40,349 nt of DNA. Origin: Nemertoderma westbladi (lineage: Eukaryota; Animalia; Xenacoelomorpha). The DNA is taken from assembly GCA_032718475.1 (NCBI GenBank), contig JAUCBJ010002219.1, positions 1-40,349 on the forward strand. Direction: 5' to 3'. Positions within the stretch are counted from its first letter, which is position 1. Each line of letters opens with the position of its first letter. The position numbers and the translations under genes were made by a program. The notes under the pieces are model-generated. The model ran no database searches and was not told the DNA's origin. It was given only the letters and a program-made list of their open reading frames with translations. Positions 21,391 to 33,450 of the stretch are shown here, in pieces.

Positions 21391-24300
21391 CAGTTACGTT
21401 AGAAAAATGGTTAGGCTAGTTGGATTTTGATTTTTAAAAAAACACGTTTTTTTATTTATTTGAAATTATGAAATATTGTAACGCTTAGAACATTTGAATA
21501 GTTAGCTACCTAGCTAACCCAGTTAATGCTTTAATAATTCATTTACCTCAATCACCTACTAATTATGAACAACACATAGATCTTTCAGACCTTGTACTTC
21601 AAAATGATATACCACCATGTTCAGTATATCTGTATAGGTTTAGTGGGATGAACATATCTTCAGATGACATTTCTTCACTTTCAAAAGACAAGTGGTTAAC
21701 AGACAACAAAAGCGTAGCATTTAACAGCAATGGGACTCGGAGGAAACATGAAGCGAACAACACAGGGATGACCTGCACGGGCTCTGGCACTAAAGTTGTT
21801 CAGCAACTGGTTCACTCCAACCCGGATTGTGAAACAACCAAGCATCCATGTACTGATCCAAATATCTCAAGCCAAGGGGACATACAAATATCACTGGATC
21901 CAAACACACCAATTTTTGCCTCGACCACTTCTGGTTGCTCCGCTCTTTCAGTTAACACCGAACAGTCAGAAAAGGAGTACACAAGGGCAAATATGGACCT
22001 ACCTGGTTTTACACCTTGCAACCATGGGTTTTCTTGGAATGGAGTGCCAGGGGATTTAGTCCTCACCCAGTTAAATGATGCCTACAACGAAACTGTTCAT
22101 TGGTCCCCTGACCTTTTTGAAGTGCCAAGATCAAAAGCTGGGCATCGTTTTGTCACACTGATGTCAGGATTGCTAAAGGCTTTCACTGAAAAATCCAACA
22201 TGGAAAATATCTCATTGCTGGCAGTGATGGTTGCACCGGCATTGCAGCAAAAAATGCAAATTCATCCACCCTTAGTAAAACCATAAACAGACTTATTGAT
22301 CTGTGGGAAGCTGGGGATCTTGAAGAACTGCTTATAGAGGGTCGCACACTGCAATCTCGGAGACATAAGATCAAAAAGGCAAAAAACATCGATGAAGGAC
22401 ACCGACGCGCTTTCATTAAAAAGATGTCCCATGGTCAAGTATCTGCTGCTGTAAATCTACTTGGAAATAAAAGCAGGGGTGGTATACTTAATCTGAAAGA
22501 CAGGGTGAAAAATAAAAGTGTAAAAGAAATCCTACTAGAAAAGCACCCCATGCCTGATCCTTTGGATCATACTCTTATCGAAGACAATTGGAATAGAGAA
22601 ATTGATTTTCATCGTATAATTTTCGATAAAATTGATGGGGACATGATTCTGTCTGCTGCACTACGCACAAAAGGCTCTGCTGGCCCCTCAGGCATGCATG
22701 CAGATGCCTGGCGGCGGATACTGACGGCCTTTGGCCGATCTTCAGGTGATCTGCGGAAGGCCGTTGCAGGTCTAGCTAGAAGATTTGCCACTGAATATGT
22801 TGATCCACAAACCTTAGTAGCTTTCAATGCCGACTGCCTAATAGCACTGGAGTCCTGGGGTGAGACCAATTGGGATAGGATAAGTGCTGAGAAGAATAGT
22901 AGGCAAGGCTATAATGAAATGTGCTAGATCTGACCTGGAGGAGCTCGGTGGAAACTTGCAACTTTGCCTTGGTCAAAAAGCAGGAATAGAACACGGAATC
23001 CACTCACTAAGGGCTTTCTTTGAAACGGATGAGTGCAAGGCAGTCCTCCTCATAGATGCAACAAATGCCTTCAATTCTCTGAATAGGCAACTTGCCCTAC
23101 GGAATGCATTTGTCATCTGCCCAGCCCTTGCTGCTGCACTTACGAATTCATACAGAGAAGCAGTTCCACTTTTCGTCGATAATGAGACTATCTGGTCCCG
23201 GGAGGGAACTACTCAGGGTGACGTCCTGGCCATGGCCATGTATGCTATTGGCACCCTTCCCATGGTCAAGAAATTGGGGGAATTCCTCAAATCCTCAGAT
23301 CCGACTCCAGCTGTCCTAATAGAAAATGCCACCAGTACACCTACACAGTGTTCTTCGATACCTCCGGAATCCTCCAGAAATGTCACAGTGGAGGCTTACC
23401 AAGCAACAGCCCACATCAGGAACCACACGCATAGTCCAATGTCTATAAGCTGCAATCAGGCTTCTCCATTAAAAAATGTAGATGACAATGGCGACCAACA
23501 ATCCGATACATGGGACAATGTAATTGATACCTCACACCCAGTACTTCAAGAAACTAAGCCAGTCGACACTCAGAAGCCTTCAATAGATCTACATGAATCT
23601 CCTCGCTACCCCACTGTAAACGATCATCATGAAAAATCAAGATCTATTCAAAAATGGTATGCAGATGACGCGAGTGTCGGAGGTAGACTGAAAACTCTAT
23701 TGCTTTACTGGCAAATGGTCTGTCAAATCGGCCCTGGCTATGGATACTACCCGAATGCTGTGAAGACAAAGCTTATAGTTAAGGGAGACTTAAATACTGA
23801 AGCACTTGACTTGTTTGCCTCTTCAGGTGTTGAGATCGTAAATGGCCATAGGGTTCTGGGGTCAGTCATTGGGAGTGATCTAGCATGTACAGAAATCATA
23901 ACTAAGAGAGTGGAAGAACTTTCCGATGAACTTTCATGCCTAACAAATTTCGCAAAATCGGCACCTCATCCATCATACAGCTGCTTTATTTTCGGTTTCC
24001 AACATAAGTTGAACTTCCTTGCCAGAACAACACCACACTTTACCGATGCCCTCGAACCCTATGAACACCTTATCACGAACAAGTTTATCCCATCAGTCAC
24101 TGGTAGGAATCCTCCCGGCGATGTGGAAAGACAACTGTTAGCTCTGCCAACCCGAGAGGGAGGCCTGGCAATTCTCCAGCCCTCTGATCTATTACAATGC
24201 TATAGTAATTCTATGAAGATCTGTGAACCACTAGAACAGCTTGATCTAGGGCTAGGCCTAAGAAGCGCAATGTCTGAAATTATCACCAAGGTGAAGACTG

Positions 24301-25589
24301 CTGACCTCTGCGCGCTTAAGACAACATGTGATATCCTCCACAACTTCCTAAGCCCGGATGCCCAATATCATCGCAATCTGGCAAAGGAAAAAGGTGCATC
24401 GGCTTGGCTGAGCGTCCTACCCATATCGAACAATGGGCTTTCCCTACACAAATCCGCATTTCGGGATGCCCTTTGCCTACGGTACGGGTGGACCCCAGCA
24501 AAACTTCCCACAACATGTGTCTGTGGTGCTTCCTTCACTGTGTCTCATTCGCTACACTGCCCCACAGGTGGATTTCCAAACTTGAGACACGACGAGATAC
24601 GAGATCTGCTAGCTGAAATCCTCTCGGAAATTTCTAAAGATGTTGAGTTGGAACCACATCTTCAGAAAGCGGAACAGGAACAATTCAGCTTGCTCAGCAC
24701 CACAAGGGAGGATGATGTTCGCTTGGACGTTGCAGCCTCGGGTGTATGGGGAGGTACTTTTGAGCGAACTTATGTAATAATAATAATAATAATAATAATA
24801 TTGGTTATTTATATAGCGCTTTTCTACGCTCAGCATACTCAAAGCGCTTTTATTATCATTACCCCAGCAAAGCCAGGTTCCCATTATACCGCTGGGTTGG
24901 CGTAGGCACTAATGTCTAAAGTGTCTTGCCTAGGGACACAACAGTGCGACATTTCTACAGCCTTTAGTCGGATTCGAACCTGCACCACCAAACACTATTG
25001 TGTAAGCAGTTCAGGCGCCGTATCCACTCGGACACTGCGACATATTCGTAGACGTGAAGGTGTTCAATCCTCATTGCGACTCCAACCCAAGGTCAATTGA
25101 TGCTGCATACAATATGCACGAGAATGCAAAGAGACGGGAGTACGAGGAGCGAATCAATATGGTTGAACATGCAGGCTTCTGCCCTTTTGTAGCTGCAGCA
25201 AGTGGAGGTCTAAGTAGATTGGCCAATGCGCTCATAAATCGCATGTCCTTGCTTCTCTCTGCAAAGCGTGATACCCCTTACTCCATAATGGTAGCGCTCC
25301 TACGAGTAAAGATGTGTTTTGCCCTTCTGAGATCGTCCGTGATGTGTCTACGTGGTTCAAGGAGCCACAGAAAGGTTGCTGGTAAAGCCACCAAAGCAAT
25401 CGCTGAAACAGGTTTTCTATCTCTTTCAGCCAGTTCCGGTATCTAAATAATAATAACATGCAAATTAGAGACTCTCAAAATATTAAATACGTAATTAATG
25501 TTGATTTATAATTTAGTATTATAAACTATTGTTGTTGTGTATTATCGCCTATAGCAGATTATTAAAAAAAAAAAAAAAAAAAAAAAAAA
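21391..25589 (+). mobile_element. CRE-clade non-LTR retrotransposon (RT plus restriction-like endonuclease), inactivated
   Basis: RT motifs GSAGPSG, GVRPIGIG*VLRR, LLIDATNAFNSLNR, EGTTQGDVLAMAMYA and WYADD. CCHC knuckle CVCGASFTVSHSLHC, then RHDEIRD and RLD..DVKVFNP..ENAKRREY. Poly(A) at 25564-25589. TSD AACTAATAATGT at 21379-21390 and 25588-25599. Frameshifts at ~22250 and ~22850, one stop codon, and a SINE insertion. Confidence 0.92.
24777..25044 (-). mobile_element. tRNA-derived SINE with CORE-like body and L2-type 3' tail
   Basis: The minus strand reads: A box GTGTCCGAGTGG, B box GGTTCGAATCC, body TTGTGTCCCTAGGCAAGACACTTT, tail AAAGCGCTTTGAG...AAAAGCGCTATATAAAT, then (ATT)n. Confidence 0.9.
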
Positions 25590-26496
25590 CTAATAATGTT
25601 AACAAAAAAAAAGTAAATTTTTTTTTTCTAAACAATACTAGCTAGTAAAAAAAAACACTAGCTACAGATCATTCAATATCAATCAATAGTAATATACTGT
25701 ACAACATTGAAGATAATAATCAGAGGTCATTATTGACTTACGGGAGCCTGAAAGAACATATAGGAGAGGACTAATTACAATTAAATTGTTAACATTCTTT
25801 CTTGTGCTTTTATTTTTAGAACAATCAAAGACTTACTGTAGCTATCATAAGTTTGAGAAGCAACATTCATTACTGTACGTTTTAAAGTCTGACATTGTTT
25901 TGTTAGTTAGGCTACTTTTCAGTGTTCCATTCACAAGGCTAGTGAGTTAATGGCTCAAATTGACCGCAGACATCTTAACTATGTGTAGAGTGGATTTAAA
26001 AAATAATATTAATTTAAAATAAAACAAGGGAAAGGTGCAGGTTACAGTGGCAGACTTAACTAAAACAATAAAGAACACTTTATTTCATATGCGACCAATT
26101 TGCGCTGGAGATCACTTTTTCACTTACGGTGAATTTATCCCACTATATGAGGCTATTACGCTCTACATTGGTGGATGCTGTATGCCCTTTCATCTTTAAT
26201 GATATTGCACTTTATTGCTCTCGACTGACTTTATTTCATTTTATATTGCTGATAAGTTGACATTGTAACAAAATCACGTACAATGACTTTTATTATAGGC
26301 ATTAAGGTACTTAATCTTAATGAACGTAGTCTTAGGATAATTTTTGGATGAGAATGCCGGGAATTAATTTATGGGTGTCCATAAATTATTTTAGTCGAAC
26401 TTAACGTATGCATCGTTGCCCTAATTATTTTCAGAACCAGCCTGATCCTGTTCTTAAATGTAAATACACTGTATGTACAACACGTACAGGAAATTG

Positions 26497-26705
26497 GGGT
26501 AGCTCAGGTACAGTTGGTTGATCGCCGCGCTTGCAATCAATAGGTTGTAGGTTCGAGCCGCGCCAGCTTCCTTTTCATTCGCAGGGGTAGGGGACCGATC
26601 ACTTGAATTACTGAAAGCGCCCACTTTGGATAAGGGGAGCGCCCACTTTGGATAAGGGGAGCGCCCACTTTGGATAAGGGGAGCTCCCACTTCGGATAAG
26701 GGCAG
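26497..26705 (+). mobile_element. Degenerate tRNA-derived SINE-like head followed by a 21-bp tandem repeat
   Basis: GTAGCTCAG..TTGG (interrupted A box), GGTTCGAGCC (B box, ~26551), and 4 units of GCGCCCACTTTGGATAAGGGGA-like sequence at 26618-26703. Confidence 0.6.
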
Positions 26706-28544
26706 CTATCAAAAGACTGATTTACTGGAATTTCGCTTATGGTGCAGGTTCCATGGTAGGCCTACTTTATCCTACCATGGAGGTAGATAGGGAATTGTTG
26801 TAAGATGAGGTAGGTACCGGTAGTTGTTGTAGGAAAGAGGGACCATAAAAAAATAATGCAATTGTTGTGGTTTTTGAGTTTGAGTTGCTGGTGATTTATC
26901 ATAGAAATGTTTAACTCGCTCGTAGAGCGCCAGAAAGTACTGGTAACTACTGTTACTTGGTGAAAGTACTGGGTTCTTTCCTGGCTCAAGTCCTTTTGTA
27001 TAAACTTAATTTTCGATTTAGAGTTTTAGTCTGAGAGAAATTGTAAAACAACAAGTATGGTGTAGTATTCCAAGAACTCAATATAAATACATCGCGTCTT
27101 TTGAATAAGATACCTAGCTACTAACCTTACAATTCTAAATATATCATATATTCTAGAATATAAATATTGTTGCCATTGGAGGTTGGTTGTTGCGCTGCTA
27201 AAGGAAATCTGTCATATTTTACGATAACAGCTACTATTCTAGAATACTATGATTATTTTCAAAACTAATAACAGTACAACATTTAATAATAATAAATGAA
27301 TGTGGGGTGGAGGATAACCGGAAGTTTGACACCTTGGTACCGGGTTCGAGCCCAAATAAGGTCGGCTGATATTTTTTTCTATGGAGAGCATTATCATACT
27401 GTTCTATTTTATATAGTACAACATTTTAACATTTTATAGAATAATACTTTTGGGAAATTTTGTTGTACTGAGAAAGCCACTTTTTTAGTCAAAACGGAGT
27501 CACACGTGAAATATTTTAAACCTATTCAACCCATTACAAAATATCATCGTTTAACGAGTATTTGTTTAAAAAACAAATCATGCTGTGACTATTCTATTAA
27601 AGAAACAAGTGACCTCTAAATGGCATTTCAGACAACAGTCCTTGACAAATTTGCCATGGTAACTGAACGGATGGAATTGAAAAGACTTGGATGCAACTTG
27701 CCGGACATACTGTTGGACAATCCGTTTATTATTATTTTGCCTTTTTTAATGTCATCAGATTTTATCTTCTGCAGATAATCATGCCGATAATGACATGAAG
27801 TATAATGTTTTTAACAGTAATATTAGTTAATACTACAGTACCGTTGTTGAAGCGAAATATAGTTCAGATATAAATTTGATTTGACTAAGTATCTGTTACT
27901 TTAACAAATGTATGCCTTGTCAGTTCAGGACTACTGAACGCTGGTCATTGATCCAGAAAACCTAACTAACCTCCATGCAGCATAAAGGATATGCCATCTG
28001 CAGGCTCATTCCATGAAAAGGTCAACCTCCCCACTAATTTCTAAAAATGAGATGTAGCTTTGAATTTATACTTATTTTAGTTCAAAATTTATCGTACTTC
28101 ATGAATTCAGTGCTAAAAATTGTATCAACACAGGTGGTTTATCAAAAATAGTCGAATTACAAATTATGCACCTGCTCTGCACAAAATGTGAATAAAAGTG
28201 TGCAAAAGTTTCGTTTCCTGTAGGCACTTCCTATGACCAATAAATTAACATTTCTGAGCATGTACCAAATCACAAGCAAACCCATTTTCGAATTTTTTTG
28301 GTTTCATTTAATTTCACCAGTGTTTCATTCCTCTGTAATGAAATCGATAAAGTTAATCTTGTGATGTCCCATACTTTACCTGAAATAGTGAAATTTTTAG
28401 TTTATTCACAGAGATGTACTTAAAAAGTTAAAATTTTATAAGCAGGGACTCATAATTTTGATGAAAAATAAAAGTAGTCCCAGGACAAAATTACAAAATT
28501 TTTCGTTTTCTAAAAACTAATAGTGTGGCAGTGTTGGCTAGATT

Positions 28545-29365
28545 TAGTAGGTTTTTCAAGACGCTGAATCGATTGTGATTATATTCCATTTCCAAAAATT
28601 GAAGTGGAGGCTATTTTTCGTGCACCTAAGAAGTGGGCGTGGCACTTCAAATTTTGAAAAATTAGATATTCAGAAAATGCCCCTAATTTTTTATTTCAAC
28701 GCGTCTTTATAGGTTTTCTGGGCCGCTAAATCGATTGGAAGTACTGTAATATAGAAGCCTGAAGACTTAGAGGTTAGCCATTTTTTGAAATCAAAACTTT
28801 AGTGTTTTTTCCAAATAAAGTAATTTTGAAAATTTGAAGTGCCACGCCCTAATTTTGGTGCACCGAAAATTATGTACGTACACCAAGGATTTGAGGCTTC
28901 TATATTACTTTCAATCGATTCAGCGCTCCATAAAACCTATAAAAATGATTTGAAATCAAAACTTTAGTGTATTTTCCGAATCTCGTATTTTTCAAAATTT
29001 GAAGTGCCACGCCCTAATTTTTGTGCACCAAAAATGGCGAACCACTAAGTCTTCAGGCTTCTATATTACTTTCAATCGATTCAGCGTTCCAGAAAACCTA
29101 TAAAAATGCTTTGCAAATCAAAACTTTAGTGTATTTTTCGAATCTCGTATTTTTCAAAATTTGACGTGCCACGCCCTGATTTTGGTGCACCAAAATTGGC
29201 GAACCACTAAGTCTTCAGGCTTCTTTCTATATTACTTTCAATCGATTCAGCGCTCCAGAAAACCAATAAAAATGCTTCGAAATCAAAACTTTAGTAAATT
29301 TTCCGAATAAAGTAATTTTGAAATTTTAAAGTGCCACGCCCTAATTTTGGTGCTCCAAAAATGAC
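28545..29365. repeat. ~164-bp tandem array plus an inverted partial copy
   Basis: GTGCCACGCCC at 28839, 29004, 29166 and 29331, each unit with TCAATCGATTCAGCG..AAAAC. Inverted units lie at 28545-28775. Confidence 0.9.
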
Positions 29366-29659
29366 GTACCACTACACTTACATACTTGTATAGAGCATTA
29401 GAGTGATCCAAACCAATAAAAATAAATAAAAATAGTCCAAACATAAATAATTACTAAATCACGAATGACTTTGTAAAATTCGAAAATTTCAAAAAATTTG
29501 GTGCTGGACACCAAATTTTGAGGTGGCACTCACATCGAAAAGTAGAAATCCAATTGCAACGTCGTTTTTTGCAACAGATGCGGCATTAAATTTGGCTAAT
29601 TCTCAATAAAAATTGGGCCGGTACGTAATGTGGTTGCATAGTTACAGCAACTAAAAACT

Positions 29660-29717
29660 AAGAAGGGGCCGATTCGCCCCCCCCCCCCCCCCCCCCCCCC
29701 AGTGGTAATAGGGTTAA
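29660..29717. mobile_element. Possible terminus of a TTAA-targeting (piggyBac-type) non-autonomous element
   Basis: GGGGCCGATTCG(C)nAGTGGTAATAGGG|TTAA. No partner end was found in the window. Confidence 0.4.
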
Positions 29718-31119
29718 TGTAATATGTGAAGCCATGAGTGATATAATACTCTAAGGTCATAGTCGGCCGTAAGAATAGGAGTCTGTATTTGAACTGAGTA
29801 TCATTCCTCAGTCAAGAAATCTTTGGGTTTATGCATGTAAAGTCCCATACTTTACCAAAAAATAGTGAAATTTTTAATTTATACACAGAGAAGTAGTCTA
29901 ACTAAGCCCAATCACCCAGTGGAATGCAAAGCATAATCTACTCCCTCAGAAACATCATGACGGCCAATTGAAAATTGTCCCATACTTTACCATTATAATG
30001 GCGATTACATTTAGTGCACTGTATTAATGTAATATATGAAACCTGGAGGGCAGGAGTGTTATAATGCTTTAGGGTGATAGTAGGGGGAAGCATAGAAGTA
30101 TGTATTTGAACTAAGAATCATTCCTCAGTTAACTAATCGTTGAGTTTATGCATGTAAAGTCCCGTACTTTACAAAAATTTTCAAAAAATTTAGTTTTTTA
30201 GCAGATAAGAAGATCGGTTAGTACAGTAATTGATACATTTTCAGAAAAATGGAAAGAATTTCTAAACTTTTCACAGAATACATGTGTACCAAGTTTGGTT
30301 ATACAGTATTTCATCAATGATTGGCGGACTTATTTGGGTGTTTATCAAAATTTTGAAACTATCGGTACCAACAGACAGACTGTCTGATATGTGACCTTTG
30401 ATTCCTTAAACTTCAGATTCTTTCCAAACTTTTGACAGACTTCATACGTACCAGGTTTGGTTTAATTTCATCTATAAATGACCGAGTAATACAGTATTAG
30501 CGATCTAAAATTAGACAGATGACAGACAACCCCTCAACGGCACCCATATGCTAAGACTTCGGGTCACTTTGTGGGTCGCCCCACATTTTGTATCCATATC
30601 TTGGTTGGAAATACGTACAGTAGTTGCACTTTATTATCACTAATTATCCAGAAATTACTGTTAGGTTAAGTGTAAGAGACCATTTTGACCATAAAATTCG
30701 TACAGGTCCCGTACTTTACTTAGCAATGTCCCATACTTTACCACACAAACCACACTGTAAAAAATTAGCAATGGAGCAATTCGTCTTATATTTATATTTT
30801 TATTTAAGCTTAATAATACAGCTTTATCCTAAACATCAACTCAACACCGTACCTGCGCACAATTCGCTAAATTTTAGAATTGAAATCATAAAATAAAAAA
30901 AACCATTTCGTACGAATCCGTACTTTACCTTAATTGGACAAGCTGGCGTTTTCTCAAGTGACTAAGTCCCGCCATAAGCTTCGCGAAATCAAAGCTGATA
31001 TTCGAAAGTTTAATCCAAGCACAATTTTGTGCACATACTGTATGTGCTGTGGATAACATTGTACAGGCAATCAAATTTCAAAATTGTGAACGAATGTCCC
31101 GTACTTTACTTTGGAATGA

Positions 31120-31510
31120 GCCTGCAGCTGTGTAGACCCTCCTCTTACAGAGGGCATCATCATCTTGGCTTATAAGTTGGACACCTTATCCGTTATGGCC
31201 GGGTTAAGGACCCATATACTCGGAAGCATGGGTATATTGCCCGACCAGGTAGGCCCTAGATGATAAGGAGTAAAGGGCTCACATTTATCTTCAGAGTTCA
31301 CGCCACTTCGATATGAACCTGCAGTTAAGGATGCAGTGCATGGCCGAATAGAAGAGCTGCATAGCCCATGGTGGGTCATGTGCATCGGAGTATAATAGGC
31401 CTAGATGGGTGATGGTATCCAAATCTAACTCTACTGTGACATCCACATTCACCCTGTAGAATGCAAACCAGGACGTGGTATTTGCCACGGGGGCACCCCC
31501 AACAGCCACT
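31120..31510 (-). mobile_element. RTE-like 5' region, inverted diverged copy of 37556-37930
   Basis: Collinear shared blocks: CAAATACCAC..CCTGGTTTGC, ATATACCCATGC, GTATATGGGTCCTTAA and GTAAGAG..GGGTCTA..CAGCT. Confidence 0.7.
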
Positions 31511-32329
31511 ATGGAATAAAGCAGTAATGTGGATGTCCGACCATTAGGTGCGTGTATTAACTGGATACAAATGGTCTCACAGGCGTTAGATACCCCCTTA
31601 TTTTTGGAGTGAGAGTGACCAACATTTATTTGCGTCCCTTTCCTGGTGATCTTTCCGGTCCAAACCGTGGGTGGTCAGGAAGGCCAAGAGTTGGCAAGTA
31701 TTTATTTAACACGAGCTAAGCGATTGCTAGATTGCAAACGATTTGAAAACTCAACACACGAGTGCAGAATACCTGAATTTCGCTAAAGATGTGGGGTGGA
31801 AAGGGGTGTTTCCGTGTCGCTTCAGTCTGCCAGTTGGAGTGTTGCTTTAAATTTAGACAAATATGAAAATAAGTTGTGAATTTATACCCATTAGAAAATT
31901 TTAGATGTAACCGGAAACGAAGGAGATAAGACGTTGGTTATTTTGATCTGAAGGATCACTTTTTTCTGGATCATTGGCTATAAAAGGCTAGAACCTATTG
32001 TGGAAAAATGGTTGCTAAATTTTGAGGCAATCTCAACTGAGCCCCCCCCCCCCCTGCCTATCTGCCCTTCTACTGTACAACGCAAAATTTACCCCTCTCA
32101 GGGGAAATCGATGCAAATAACAGCTGATTACTCTCAAAAAATAAAACTGTAACCTGTTCTATTGAGTTTCTTTCATTGTTTTGGTTAGAATAACTTGCCA
32201 CTACTGTACCGTCTGCTCCTTTCCCTAAAAAACGTACTTTAACATTGAGACGAAATATTAATTCGCCGAGATGGGATTAGCGCACAATTTTCCCCCTGTC
32301 TCTAAAAGGGATGCCAATTGATTTCTAAA

Positions 32330-33450
32330 TCTTTTCAAGGTCGTTCAATTTTCATTAGAAGGATATAAATTTATATATCATATTTATATTATATTAATAT
32401 AAATGCGGTTTTTGATAAACGTTAATTTATTTGTTTGTCATCCATGGTTTTTTTAGGAGGGTTTGCATTTCCGAGAAGATATTTTCTGGGGACATGGCTA
32501 TCAGATATTTTAGTAATATTGTAAAACTCATATAAATTGTTTTCGAGGTGGCAAAGACGTACGCATGTGCTGTCTCGTTCGATATCTTGAATAAAGGAGT
32601 CGGGATTAAATTTGGAAAAGTAAAAAAGCGTTTTATTTCTATTATTTTGAGAAAAGTGGCAAGAGTATTTTTAGAGACTGAGTAGAGTATACCTATGTTA
32701 TTTTGGTTGATGATCAGACGTTTCTATGAGTGAAGAGAAGACCAAGTTAGAATAATACTGTAGGTTGTGATGTTATTTGTTGTACGGTCAATGAGGGTTT
32801 TGGATTTGGTTAGCTGAGATCGAGAAATTCAAAAAACCGTTAATTTTATCGATTCATGTCAATAGACAGTGCGAACAATTATTACTGATTTCTGATTAAT
32901 TCTTTGATTAATTATTACTGAATAAGATCCGGTGATTTGAATCCATGAGTTCTCAAGTCCCTCCATCTGCAAATCACCTAATCGTTACTGAAACTGTATC
33001 ATTAACAACATTTTTGTTCCACCACGTTTTAATTTACAAACAGTACGATTCTGAAGAAATGGTAGGCCTACTCGAAAACCGTCTATTATAAATATTAAAT
33101 TTGTGTAATCAGTATCAGACGTTGCTGTGAGAGTAACGATGTCGAATTTTAATTTTAGCGTCGTGATAAAATTTGTAAATTCTTGGACGGAAATCTAAAT
33201 TTAACATTGACAATGAGGTTTTCTGATAAGGTAGATAAATTTATTATTAAACTGCATTCAGAGAGAACACCGTTGAGATTTATTAAATTATTGTCCAGGT
33301 CAATCTGGTTAGAAGTTTTACTCAAAAGTTCATATATATTTATGGAGTCATTTGCTTATGACTTCTCAAATATATCACGATCGTCATTGCCGATGGATTG
33401 AAAAAGATAATTTTTTGCCGTTAGAAATTATGGAATCTCTCATATTAGAG
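32330..33450 (-). pseudogene. Heavily degraded CR1/L2-group AP-endonuclease region
   Basis: Broken-frame remnants resembling ..LKLKFDIVTLT(ETW), KTLID and SDH. Boundaries are approximate. Confidence 0.5.

Noticed and set aside
24940-25044. Functional tRNA gene
   Set aside because: A and B boxes are present, but there is no complete cloverleaf and the sequence runs into a SINE body and tail.
26497-26570. tRNA-Ala/Cys gene
   Set aside because: The D arm is interrupted, and the anticodon and acceptor stems do not pair convincingly.
31600-31700. HDV-like ribozyme at the 5' end of the RTE-like repeat (minus strand)
   Set aside because: Some pairings exist, but I could not assemble the P1/P1.1/P2/P3 nested pseudoknot.
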